DNA of 64,000 bases, taken from positions 448,317 through 512,316 of the forward strand of contig CP064968.1 in the NCBI GenBank assembly GCA_016699245.1, given 5' to 3'. The notes beneath the pieces were generated by a model, which saw only the letters and a list, made by a program, of their open reading frames with translations, was not told the origin of the DNA and made no database searches. Positions 48,676 to 57,749 of this stretch are shown here, piece by piece (position 1 is the stretch's first letter; each line of letters begins with the position of its first letter). A program made the position numbers and the translations under genes. The stretch comes from Candidatus Kaiserbacteria bacterium. Its GTDB lineage: Bacteria; Patescibacteriota; Minisyncoccia; Phycocordibacterales; UBA918.

Positions 48676-50368
48676 CATCCAGAGATTTATCATCTCTATT
48701 CTCATCACTTACCTTGAAAAACAAGGATATTTTAGGTGTTCCACTAAGTACTTCTTTGTAGGTCGGAAACTCCAAGAATAGTATCTTGTAAATTGCCATC
48801 TGTTCGGCATAACTACTTATATCTAGGAACATATCTATAGGGTGTTCCATTAGATTTTTTGAGTACTCTAAGAACAAGGTGACTTCTTCGTAACTCAACT
48901 CAATTTTCTTCCTTTCACCCTGCACTTGTCGTAAATCCATACTTAGTCTTTCAAAATCCCTCTCCATCTCGTCTTTCACCAACTCAGAGTTTGATTTCTT
49001 GATTGCAGTCAGCGTTTCTCTCAGTTCAGATTGGATTCCTGTGATTCTCTGGTTTATTACAATTTGAGTATCAAGCGATTTCTCCTGTTCTTGTTTATGT
49101 TTATGAGTAAGGACTTTTTTTAAGATAGAATGGTACTTATCACTAAACTTAATTTTACTCAAAAAGGTCATCATTGCCTTATCAACCTCACTTTGAGGTT
49201 TCCCGTAATATTTATGTGTACGGCTACAATGATAAAAAGAATATTTCTCCTTATTTTTGCTTGTCGATGGACTTGCTAAAAAAGGTTTTTTACAGACATC
49301 GCACAAGACTACATTCTTAAACAGGTAATCTTTACGGAACTTCTGTCTTCTCTTGAGTATTTTCTCAGGGTTTAAGTCGTAAAAGAGTTTGATTTTGTTT
49401 TCTGGTAATTCCTCAACATACACTTTGCCCTTGTTGGCTTGATTAAACTTCTCGATGCTAACCAATCCCTTGTATTGGGTCTTTGTGATTATTTTCTTTT
49501 TTTGAATCTTGCCCCAATTCTCAATATTGACTCCGCAGTAGATAGGATTTTTCCTGTACTTCTGCATTTGCTTGATTGTAAGTTTATTGCCTACTTTTAC
49601 ACCGATTATTCTTTTGTCACCCTTTTTTCCATTCCAAAGTTTCCTATCTCTTGATTTGTAGCCAAGCGAGTTTATGTGGTCTACGATTTCTTGTTCTGTT
49701 AAAACTCCCTCAACGGTTTTATCAAAAAGAGCAATGATTTGAGGTGCTTCCTGCTCGTGTGGAAGTTGTATTGTTTTTTGCTTTCCGTCATTAGCAAGAA
49801 TAACGACATTTTTATAACCATAATTAGCTTCTCTTAACTTGAAGCCAAGACTAGCTCTTGAGAAGCTCGTGTTTACAGTTCTAGTAAGGATATTTGCAAC
49901 ATCTTCTTTGCCCATCTCTGCAAGCAGTATTTCAGTGATACGACTTGGGCTCTTATTACTCCAATCAAAGGAAATGCCAAGATGTTCAAGAGTGTTTGAT
50001 ATTGGCTGGATTATATTTTGACTATCACGAAGTTCAACACCAAGACTTGCTAATTGGCTTTTTATTAAAAGATATTCTTCACTACCAGAGCGAGTACTCC
50101 TATCAATCCTGTTTATAACAAAATACTTTATTTTGTTAGGATTTTTCTTAATTAAATCAATCAGTTCATTATATTTTGGTCTTTTTGCTACTTCAACTTT
50201 TCTACCAGTAAAGATTTCTCTACTTACTTTCCCATCAGGAAAAAGAGTCCAGTGATTATTCTCGATATGACGCTCAATAGCTTTTATTTGATTCTCTAAG
50301 CCGTCACCCTTAAGCTGACTAGGGTCACTGATTCGAGCATATCCAATTGCGTAGATGGGATGGGTCAT
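48638..50368 (-). CDS. large serine recombinase (phage-type integrase)
   Basis: N-terminal YARISDPSQ catalytic Ser motif, recombinase domain, zinc ribbon CDVCKK...YHCSRT, coiled coil; last 13 codons are antisense to the tRNA-Glu T-arm. Confidence 0.85.
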   Translation of the reverse strand: MTHPIYAIGYARISDPSQLKGDGLENQIKAIERHIENNHWTLFPDGKVSREIFTGRKVEVAKRPKYNELIDLIKKNPNKIKYFVINRIDRSTRSGSEEYLLIKSQLASLGVELRDSQNIIQPISNTLEHLGISFDWSNKSPSRITEILLAEMGKEDVANILTRTVNTSFSRASLGFKLREANYGYKNVVILANDGKQKTIQLPHEQEAPQIIALFDKTVEGVLTEQEIVDHINSLGYKSRDRKLWNGKKGDKRIIGVKVGNKLTIKQMQKYRKNPIYCGVNIENWGKIQKKKIITKTQYKGLVSIEKFNQANKGKVYVEELPENKIKLFYDLNPEKILKRRQKFRKDYLFKNVVLCDVCKKPFLASPSTSKNKEKYSFYHCSRTHKYYGKPQSEVDKAMMTFLSKIKFSDKYHSILKKVLTHKHKQEQEKSLDTQIVINQRITGIQSELRETLTAIKKSNSELVKDEMERDFERLSMDLRQVQGERKKIELSYEEVTLFLEYSKNLMEHPIDMFLDISSYAEQMAIYKILFLEFPTYKEVLSGTPKISLFFKVSDENRDDKSLDVTPRRIELRFPG

Positions 50369-50390
50369 CGCAGTTATATTTTAGCATTTT

Positions 50391-50540
50391 TTATTTCTGA
50401 TTTAGTACTTTCTGTTCAATCCATTTTTTGTAAGCAAAGTTTGCAAAGCTTGTAGAAATACGAAAAAGAGACTCAACTTCTTTTTCTGGAAGATTTTTTA
50501 TATCGTCTGCACAAAGTTTTTTGAACTCCTCCAAGGTCAT
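50391..50540 (-). CDS. small protein (49 aa) just upstream of the recombinase; possible directionality factor
   Basis: Hand translation MTLEEFKKLCADDIKNLPEKEVESLFRISTSFANFAYKKWIEQKVLNQK; 22-nt gap to the integrase start. Confidence 0.3.
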   Translation of the reverse strand: MTLEEFKKLCADDIKNLPEKEVESLFRISTSFANFAYKKWIEQKVLNQK

Positions 50541-50597
50541 TGAAGTAGTGTGTGCTACTTCTAATGCTATAGAGATACTGGAAATGACTAGATTAGT

Positions 50598-51347
50598 TTA
50601 ATCCAGTAAGTGCTTGTTTGCCTCAGCTATTGAACGAATGGAGCCATTACTTAGTTTATTCTTAAATAGTTTTTGAACAAACAAGCAGATGATTTTCTCT
50701 TTTGCTTCTACCGCACTATATCTGTAGATATCCTGTAGATTTCGCTCAAAACCAAGCTCGATTGCTTGTTTTTTAAGTTGTGTCATTTCAGTGAAATAAA
50801 GCGTGGTCACAACCTTGTCTCTAAGTTCGTATTTTTTAGGTTTTAGGTTTGGTAACTTCATTTTACCGAAAGTCTGCTCCTGCTTCTTGAGAATGTTTCT
50901 TGAGTTTTGAGCAATAAAATCCTTGAGATTTTTTATTGAATTATTTGTACCAAAACGGATATAGATACCTTTAGGCAAAGCAATATTATTTTTAGTGAAT
51001 CCGTTTGGTAAACTGAAGACTTCACATCCATAGATGTTAAAGATTTCTCGTGATTTTTCTAATGGATAACCATAGATGAAATACTCAGTCCAAAAGTCCA
51101 CAGAAGACTCGTCTTGGCTAATGAGCGTATCAAACAGCTCTGGATACTTAATGAGCAATTTCGCTCTGTAGAGTGCCATATTTTGGCATATACGATGTAT
51201 GTCGTGTTTAGTCAGGTCAATCTGTTCAGTTCTTAGTCCTCGACTTGGTAAGCCAGCCCTAATACGCAAAAAACCAGCGAGTTTTCTGTTTGCTGGTTTG
51301 TTTAATATCTGAAGAAAACCTGTAACTTGAGACTCAGCTTTTGACAT
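50598..51347 (-). CDS. hypothetical protein (249 aa), island cargo
   Basis: ORF track. Confidence 0.4.
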   Translation of the reverse strand: MSKAESQVTGFLQILNKPANRKLAGFLRIRAGLPSRGLRTEQIDLTKHDIHRICQNMALYRAKLLIKYPELFDTLISQDESSVDFWTEYFIYGYPLEKSREIFNIYGCEVFSLPNGFTKNNIALPKGIYIRFGTNNSIKNLKDFIAQNSRNILKKQEQTFGKMKLPNLKPKKYELRDKVVTTLYFTEMTQLKKQAIELGFERNLQDIYRYSAVEAKEKIICLFVQKLFKNKLSNGSIRSIAEANKHLLD

Positions 51348-51378
51348 ACTGATATTCTAACAGTTTCGGTCTCAAATC

Positions 51379-51537
51379 TTAATTCTGAAAAAATCTCAGA
51401 AAAAGAAAGATTATTTGAATGCCAATAAATAACACCGCCCCGCCAATGATTAGACCAGCAAAGCAAGCTGATAAGAAACCTATTATTTCAGCAAGATTAA
51501 AAAATGCCGTAACAATTTTGTGTGCAAGTGCTTCCAT
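51379..51537 (-). CDS. small hydrophobic protein (52 aa, 2 TM)
   Basis: Hand translation MEALAHKIVTAFFNLAEIIGFLSACFAGLIIGGAVLFIGIQIIFLFLRFFQN. Confidence 0.3.
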   Translation of the reverse strand: MEALAHKIVTAFFNLAEIIGFLSACFAGLIIGGAVLFIGIQIIFLFLRFFQN

Positions 51538-51539
51538 AT

Positions 51540-52475
51540 TTATCGCCAAAACATCAACTGCTTAAAAAAGCCAACCACTTTCTGCACAAAATCCTCTTGT
51601 GGTTGCTCTGGCGTAGGTATTTCTTCAACCACTGGAAGTTGAGTAACTGGAGTTGTTGTAGGAGCCACTAAAACCTCCGACAGTTCTTTTGGCTCAGGTG
51701 GAGCTATATCAGGCGTCACAAGTGGTTTTTGAGCTATTGCGGGTGATACCACTGACACCTCCTTTGGAAGCGACTCAAGATACTCATCGTGCTGTGCTGT
51801 ACCCTCCTTTCCGTTCGGGTATTTTTGGTAATACAGAACCGCAATTCTGTCAGAAATATCAGGTCTGCTCGCTTTTATTCTCCCAAAGAAGTCTCTGGCG
51901 TCTGCGAGGGATAGTGAATCCATATAGACAAATCCTTCGTAAATATCAGCATCAGTGAATACCTCAGGGGTACTGTATGACTCCATCTGCTCATCAAGGA
52001 GCTCTTGATATTCCTCAATCTGTGAGAGGTTTTGCTTTTGTAACTCTAGGATTTGCTGACGTAATTTTTCAGCCTCTTTCTCAGCTTTTGCAAGAGCAGA
52101 GACTTCTGACGAGTGCTCATCTTTCTCGTCTTCAAGTTCACTTATTTGGGCATCGTACTTTGCATCAATCTCAGCAAGCTTGGCATCGAGTTGATTCCCG
52201 ATACCATAGCTTCCGTACAGTCCCGTAACATATCGCTTCTCCGTATCACGCTCTGCTTCAAGTGCTTTAATACGAGCATTGATAGTATCGACTGAAACCT
52301 GAGGACTGTTTGCGATTTGTGCCTCAAGCGTTTGGAGTCGATACTCCAGAGCTGAGAGTGCTTCATTCTGCTTTATCCCTACATCAGCAGGGAGATAGTT
52401 GTAGTCGGTGGCGTGTGCTACTGAGAAAAGACATAGGAAAAGTAATGTCGATATTGAAAAGGTTGTTTTTTGCAT
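51540..52475 (-). CDS. secreted coiled-coil protein
   Basis: Start moved to MQKTTFSISTLLFLCLFSVAHA (signal peptide); long EAEK-rich coiled coil. Confidence 0.45.
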   Translation of the reverse strand: MQKTTFSISTLLFLCLFSVAHATDYNYLPADVGIKQNEALSALEYRLQTLEAQIANSPQVSVDTINARIKALEAERDTEKRYVTGLYGSYGIGNQLDAKLAEIDAKYDAQISELEDEKDEHSSEVSALAKAEKEAEKLRQQILELQKQNLSQIEEYQELLDEQMESYSTPEVFTDADIYEGFVYMDSLSLADARDFFGRIKASRPDISDRIAVLYYQKYPNGKEGTAQHDEYLESLPKEVSVVSPAIAQKPLVTPDIAPPEPKELSEVLVAPTTTPVTQLPVVEEIPTPEQPQEDFVQKVVGFFKQLMFWR

Positions 52476-52502
52476 AGGGATGGGTTTGCAATTTAGGCAG
52501 GA

Positions 52503-52610
52503 ACATAAAGCTCCCCGCCAGTGATGCCTTGCGACACCTGTACCTGTTTCCAGATACAACCCATCCCTGAGTGCTCTGACGAGGAGCTTTATATCAGGGA
52601 TGGGTTTTAT
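52503..52610 (-). promoter_or_regulatory. leader region with mutually exclusive hairpins (attenuator or riboswitch-like)
   Basis: AAAGCTCCCCGCCAG (52507-52521) pairs with CTGACGAGGAGCTTT (52576-52590); overlapping stem AACCCATCCCTGA (52557-52569) / TCAGGGATGGGTT (52595-52607). Confidence 0.35.
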
Positions 52611-52738
52611 TTGTACCGTATCTTGCCGAGGCAAGACCTTAGGTAACTATGTTGTGGCTGGTAATTTTATTTCATCTGTGGATTGATAATATCAAAAAAT
52701 CCCGCTATAGACCAGCTTATTTTCTGCTTTATTTTTTA

Positions 52739-53122
52739 CTACATACGCTCAATCACCCTATCTGCAATTGCACTGTAGTCAAATCCAAATGCTGGAAAAT
52801 CAGAAACTGGCTCTTTTTCAAAATGTGGGTCTAACGAGAAGTCTTTCTTGAACTTACGCTCAAGAAGCCACGCATTTGCTTTCCAGTCCTTTTCACCTGC
52901 TTTTTCTATTTTCTTCATCATCTTACGCTTGTACTCGATTGCTTTTTGACCCATCTGCTCCGAAAACTCCGATTTTGTACGCTTCCAATTACACAAAGTA
53001 TCCTCGTTAATACCAGCGAGCATAGAAGCATCTCTTTGAGTCATTCCATCACCTAGGGCTTCGAGAATGATTGCGACCCTCTCAGGGGTCATTTTATAGG
53101 GTTTAGGGGCTATGTCGTTCAT
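52739..53122 (-). CDS. HTH-domain protein (phage terminase small-subunit-like or regulator)
   Basis: MTPERVAIILEALGDGMTQRDASMLAGINEDTLCNW helix-turn-helix. Confidence 0.4.
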   Translation of the reverse strand: MNDIAPKPYKMTPERVAIILEALGDGMTQRDASMLAGINEDTLCNWKRTKSEFSEQMGQKAIEYKRKMMKKIEKAGEKDWKANAWLLERKFKKDFSLDPHFEKEPVSDFPAFGFDYSAIADRVIERM

Positions 53123-53217
53123 AGAGTAACCACTGGTTATCTGATAATGAACGATTTAGTTTTGGCTTACTTTTATTATAGCAAATACGACCTCAATAAT
53201 GTTAAACTTTAAGGGTT

Positions 53218-53802
53218 ATGGAAATTAAATTATTTTTTGGGATAGCATCATCTATTCTTGCTGTTGTGTGTTTCGCCCCTTACATAAGGGACATTTTGAA
53301 GCGAAAGACTGAGCCACATACATATTCGTGGCTTGTATGGACAATCTTGCAGACAGTTGGCGTTATGGCACAACTGAAAGAGGGTGCTGGATACGGGGCT
53401 TGGGCTCTTGGGATTGGTGCTGTATTTTGTTTTGCTATCTTCCTACTCTCTTTCAAATATGGAACAAAGAACATTTCAAAGTTTGATGGATTTTGTCTCC
53501 TCGCCTCACTCGTTGCTATCGTCATTTATTTCACTATTGAAAATCCTGTGTGGGCGATTATAGCTGTATCGCTCATAGACTTCGTAGGTTTTTTACCTAC
53601 TTTCCGAAAGGGTTATCAAGAGCCATTTACAGAGACAGCAAGCACTTTCTTAATGAGTGGAACTGCAAATGTTTTGAGTATTATTGCTCTCCAAAACTAT
53701 AATGTGACAACTGTCCTCTATATCGGAAGTCTCTTTTTCACAAATATGTCTTTTGTATTGATGATTGTAGCCAGAAGAAAGTTACTTAAAAAGTCCGTAT
53801 GA
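53218..53802 (+). CDS. hypothetical 6-TM membrane protein
   Basis: ORF track. Confidence 0.4.
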   Translation: MEIKLFFGIASSILAVVCFAPYIRDILKRKTEPHTYSWLVWTILQTVGVMAQLKEGAGYGAWALGIGAVFCFAIFLLSFKYGTKNISKFDGFCLLASLVAIVIYFTIENPVWAIIAVSLIDFVGFLPTFRKGYQEPFTETASTFLMSGTANVLSIIALQNYNVTTVLYIGSLFFTNMSFVLMIVARRKLLKKSV

Positions 53803-54122
53803 GTTCCTTAAACGTAAAGCTTGTTGTTTTTGTACCTCTTACACATACCGATATTGTGCGTACTGCTTTAGGTGAGGCTGGTGCTGGAAAAATTGGAAAC
53901 TATGATTTTTGCTCATTCTCCACAAGAGGAATTGGACGCTTTCAGGGTAACGAAAAAACAAATCCTAGTGTCGGTACAGCTGGAGTGTACGAGTCAGTGG
54001 AAGAAGACCGAATTGAAGTTTTAGTGCCTAGAGCAATTCTCAAAGATGTTATTGACAGAGTCAAAGCAGTACACCCTTATGAAGAAGTGGCTTTTGATAT
54101 TTATCCATTAGAAGACTTTTAA
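53799..54122 (+). CDS. NIF3-insert/YqfO-like small alpha/beta protein
   Basis: VKLVVFVP...HPYEEVAFDIYPL pattern; overlaps neighbours by 4 nt. Confidence 0.35.
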   Translation: MSSLNVKLVVFVPLTHTDIVRTALGEAGAGKIGNYDFCSFSTRGIGRFQGNEKTNPSVGTAGVYESVEEDRIEVLVPRAILKDVIDRVKAVHPYEEVAFDIYPLEDF

Positions 54123-54124
54123 CT

Positions 54125-55423
54125 ATGTCTGTATCACCATTAGATACAGCATATAATCGCCTAGACGAGGCACACAGAGCTTGGCACACTGCACTTGATG
54201 GTTATCATCGAATTGACGATTTTCGAGCTGGAATAAATACAGCAATTCAAGCACTCAGAAACCTCACTTTTGCACTCCAGAAGCAGAAAGATAACTTGCC
54301 TGACTTTGATATTTGGTACGCTGGTTGGCAAGAAAAAATGCGAGTCAATCCGATACTCAAAGAGCTTCACGAGGCTAGAAATGTCATTGTAAAACAGGAA
54401 GATTTGAAACTTCATAGTGTCGCCACCGCAAGAACAAAAGGTTGGATAGATTTTCAGAAAATGGCTTTTACTTTTGACCCAACTAAAGATAGCTATGATG
54501 TCGCACAAGGCTTCTACAATACTTTCGCAAGGCACTTGCCAGTTGCGGAGGAAATTAAAAGTAGGCTCGTATTTGAGTTTGAAAGAAAATGGGTCTATGA
54601 CAAATTACCTGAGTACGAACTACTCAATGCAATTACTCAGGCATACTATTTTTTCTCTGAAATGCTCGTTGATGCAAGTCAAAGATTTGCTTTACCACAA
54701 AGAGAAAATCATAGTACTGGAGACTATTGCTCTGGCGAGCTGAATGACAAAAATCTATTGAAATGTATGGTGCTTACGCAACAAGAGCGTTGCTTAATTT
54801 TTAGTTTTGAAGATGGAGCAACTATCAAGGCACATACTGAAAGTATTCAACGTGACTCTGTTCATCTTGATAAAGTCCGTGAAAAATATGGTGACGAGTG
54901 GAAATCAGAAGCAACCCTCTCCCTGTTAGATGGTTTATTTCCTACAGAGTACCCATTTTCTCAAATGAAGCTTTTTGCCCAAGTAGCAGTGAGTAATCTC
55001 AAAAAAGACAAATATCTTGTTCCTACTACTTTTATTTTTAAGGGAATTGACGATGTTCCTGTAGTTATAGCCCATCCATTTCAGAATCAGGAACAAAAAG
55101 TGATGACAATGGATTTGATTTCTAGTTCAATCATTAAGAATAATGGGAAGTTCGTGCTCACCATAGCTGAAGTTTGGCAGTATGATTTCAACGATGGAAA
55201 GCCACTGATACCAACTCACGAAAATACGAATGGGGCAAAAGATATATTTGATATTTCCTGCATTTCATCAGAAAAGTTAAAGGTGATACACATACCTTTC
55301 CACAAAAATATCTTCGGAAAAATCATATTTTCAGAACCTACAGTTGAAGATGTATCAACTGACGAACATACGCACTACATACTTCAGCCACTTATTGATG
55401 CACTCAAACAGGTTAGTAAGTAG
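54125..55423 (+). CDS. hypothetical protein (432 aa), island cargo
   Basis: ORF track; no recognisable motif. Confidence 0.4.
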   Translation: MSVSPLDTAYNRLDEAHRAWHTALDGYHRIDDFRAGINTAIQALRNLTFALQKQKDNLPDFDIWYAGWQEKMRVNPILKELHEARNVIVKQEDLKLHSVATARTKGWIDFQKMAFTFDPTKDSYDVAQGFYNTFARHLPVAEEIKSRLVFEFERKWVYDKLPEYELLNAITQAYYFFSEMLVDASQRFALPQRENHSTGDYCSGELNDKNLLKCMVLTQQERCLIFSFEDGATIKAHTESIQRDSVHLDKVREKYGDEWKSEATLSLLDGLFPTEYPFSQMKLFAQVAVSNLKKDKYLVPTTFIFKGIDDVPVVIAHPFQNQEQKVMTMDLISSSIIKNNGKFVLTIAEVWQYDFNDGKPLIPTHENTNGAKDIFDISCISSEKLKVIHIPFHKNIFGKIIFSEPTVEDVSTDEHTHYILQPLIDALKQVSK

Positions 55424-55725
55424 TTCTACTACCTATCTGTTTGGAGTTTGCTGAAGCAAGATTTGTTAATTGAGCTTAATTTGCTACACATTCTCTATCT
55501 GCAAGAAGCTTGAGTTGTAGGCTTGGACACCAGTACAAGATTTCTTGCCACCTAATAACCTCATCCTGTAAGGTGTTCCAGTCAAGGCTCTGTAGGGTCA
55601 TGCAAGCAATCGCCGCCTTCGGGCGGCTTTTGCATGACCCCACGAGTAAACAGTTTGGGAGACTGTTTACGGGAGAATCGAAGCTGATACCTACCACCAA
55701 TTTCTATGACACCTATTTCTGCATG

Positions 55726-55763
55726 CTTACCGTATATTGTACACCTGTTACATATACGGTAAG
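55726..55763 (+). terminator. near-palindrome CTTACCGTATATTGTACA-CC-TGTTACATATACGGTAAG plus T-run; paralog of 23733-23776
   Basis: Read directly. Confidence 0.6.
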
Positions 55764-55821
55764 TGCTTTTTTAGTGCATAAAAAAATCCTGGGGTGCGCC
55801 CATGCACACATTACAACATTA

Positions 55822-55848
55822 TTGTCCCTGTCAGATTTCCAGGTATAA
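55822..55848 (+). promoter_or_regulatory. promoter TTGTCC-N16-TATAAT directly upstream of the DUF305 gene
   Basis: -10 ends 7 nt before the ATG (near-leaderless). Confidence 0.45.
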
Positions 55849-55855
55849 TACGATA

Positions 55856-56515
55856 ATGAAAATAACTAATCAGACTATTATTGTTGGTATTATTGCTCTC
55901 CTTATTGGTGGTGTTGGTGGGTACACTGTTGCAGATAGAGATATGTCATACGGGCAAAGACATGACGGAAAAATGTCAGAAAATAGTCCCATGGGGATGC
56001 ATCGTATGCACGACAACACGATGATGGATAATGATGACCCTGATATGGGCAGTATGAGTCAAATGGACCACATGATGGCGATGATGGTCGATAGCGAACG
56101 TGAGTTTATAGAAGGAATGATACCCCATCACCAAGAAGCGGTTGATACTGCGAAGGAGGTTATCGCACGTGGTGGCTCTACCCCCGAAATCAAAAAACTG
56201 GTGGAGAATATTGTGGTAGCTCAAGAAGTAGAAATCGCTGAAATGAAGAATTGGTATGAGGAATGGTTTGGAGAAAAGTACGCAGATAATGGAAAATACA
56301 TGCCAATGATGCGTGAATTAAAAAACCTTTCAGGAGCGCAACTCGACCAAGTTTTCCTCGAGGATATGATTGGGCACCACATGGGAGCAATCATGATGGC
56401 TCACAGTGTAGAGCCATACATCACCCATAATGAGATTACAGAACTTACTGAAGCAATAATCTCCTCTCAATCAGCAGAGATTGCACAGATGAGAAAGATG
56501 CTCCAAGGACTATAA
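55856..56515 (+). CDS. DUF305-domain protein (metal-resistance-associated), His/Met/Asp-rich linker
   Basis: Signal anchor, MHRMHDNTMMDNDDPDM region, two HH-containing helical repeats. Confidence 0.55.
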   Translation: MKITNQTIIVGIIALLIGGVGGYTVADRDMSYGQRHDGKMSENSPMGMHRMHDNTMMDNDDPDMGSMSQMDHMMAMMVDSEREFIEGMIPHHQEAVDTAKEVIARGGSTPEIKKLVENIVVAQEVEIAEMKNWYEEWFGEKYADNGKYMPMMRELKNLSGAQLDQVFLEDMIGHHMGAIMMAHSVEPYITHNEITELTEAIISSQSAEIAQMRKMLQGL

Positions 56516-56540
56516 GAAAACTACCTAGTTCATCAAAACC

Positions 56541-56578
56541 AAGGTTAAACCTCGGGCTAGCCCGAGGTTTAACCTTTT
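56541..56578 (+). terminator. 17-bp-stem palindrome AAGGTTAAACCTCGGG-CTAG-CCCGAGGTTTAACCTT plus T; identical copy at 59658-59697
   Basis: Read directly. Confidence 0.75.
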
Positions 56579-56661
56579 GCTGGAGGGCTCTGTACATGAT
56601 GCACTCTATGTGCTCTACTAGTGACTAGTAGCACTTTTACAATCATTCAAGGAGCATTGCC

Positions 56662-57540
56662 GTGAGCAAAAAAACTAGCGAGCATGAACTCGAGCCGTAT
56701 GCAGAAAGAGCATCGATTTATATATTTCAAGGAGATGCTAGAAAATTTAAACTTCTGAAACCCGCGGAGGAATATGCACTGGCAATAGAAAACCAAAATG
56801 GAAATAAAGCGGCGCGAGAGAGACTCATTCTCTGTAACCTGCGTCTCGTTGTGAACCAGGCGCGAAAGTTTAGTCGATCACCAGAGCAATTTGCTGATTT
56901 TGCACAATGTGGAAGTCTTGGATTACTCAAGGCGGTCAAGCATTTTGATCCGAAAAGAGGTATACGATTTTCGACCTATGCCTATAATTGGATAAATAGT
57001 GCCATCTTCAAGGCATTTTACAAATCATCGGCAGTGCTGATATCGCAAAGTATCTGGGCCGACATGCGTCGCATACTCAAAGCTGAATATGCACTCATGG
57101 TAGCGGAGCCTGAGAAAAATGTAACCAATCGGCGCATTGCAGAAAAACTTGGTCTTCCTGAAAAGCGCGTACGAGAACTTCGAGGAAGTTATCGTGCGTA
57201 TTCAATGGATAGTGAGCATGGAGATAGAGATGAAAGTACCTTGCATGACACTATTGCGGATACAAAACAAGATGTACCAAAGTCTGTTGCGAATAGGGAT
57301 CTCATTTCGAAACTACTTTCGTTAATTGACCATGCGAAGATAGCAGAAAAAAAGAAACCCTTGGTGCGAGAAGCGCTTATACGAAAGTTCGGCCTTACGA
57401 ATTGTGGTATTGATGATTGTTATGAACAAACAATCACTGAGATTGCTGAAGCAATGAACATAACACCACGAGAGGTTTTGGCCTGTTTGAAACTAGGCCA
57501 GCGGGTACTCAGACAACTCGGAAAAAAACTAGTCGAATAA
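56662..57540 (+). CDS. sigma-70 family RNA polymerase sigma factor
   Basis: Region 2 (LRLVVNQARKF...TYAYNWI) and region 4 HTH (ITEIAEAMNITPREV). Confidence 0.75.
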   Translation: MSKKTSEHELEPYAERASIYIFQGDARKFKLLKPAEEYALAIENQNGNKAARERLILCNLRLVVNQARKFSRSPEQFADFAQCGSLGLLKAVKHFDPKRGIRFSTYAYNWINSAIFKAFYKSSAVLISQSIWADMRRILKAEYALMVAEPEKNVTNRRIAEKLGLPEKRVRELRGSYRAYSMDSEHGDRDESTLHDTIADTKQDVPKSVANRDLISKLLSLIDHAKIAEKKKPLVREALIRKFGLTNCGIDDCYEQTITEIAEAMNITPREVLACLKLGQRVLRQLGKKLVE

Positions 57541-57630
57541 GACACACGACACTTCAAAAGCCCGTTCCCGTAAAGGACTGGGCTTTTTTATAATTACCCG
57601 CATCACGCTGAGGAGTAACCCAGAGAGGTT

Positions 57631-57664
57631 AAATCCCCCCTAGGGTTAACCTAGGGGGGATTTT
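57631..57664 (+). terminator. hairpin AAATCCCCCCTAGGGTTAACCTAGGGGGGATTTT; related motif at 63671-63690
   Basis: Read directly. Confidence 0.65.
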
Positions 57665-57749
57665 ATATCACCATATAACCGATACTATAATTTGCACTTT
57701 AGTGTATACTGCTCACTTAAATTATTATTACAATACTGAAATATACGTT

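Larger units (their letters stand above)
48604..55800. mobile_element. AT-rich integrated element (serine-recombinase island) adjacent to tRNA-Glu; right boundary approximate
   Basis: Large serine recombinase at the left edge overlapping the tRNA antisense; visibly more AT-rich hypothetical cargo by eye (composition not computed); palindrome-terminator at 55726-55763. Confidence 0.55.

Noticed and set aside
55590-55700. Inverted partial tRNA-Glu 3' end (TTCGATTCTCC) as the attR of the island
   Set aside because: It is only an 11-nt match in inverted orientation. Serine recombinases do not generate tRNA-end direct repeats. The boundary is better placed at the palindrome at 55726-55763.
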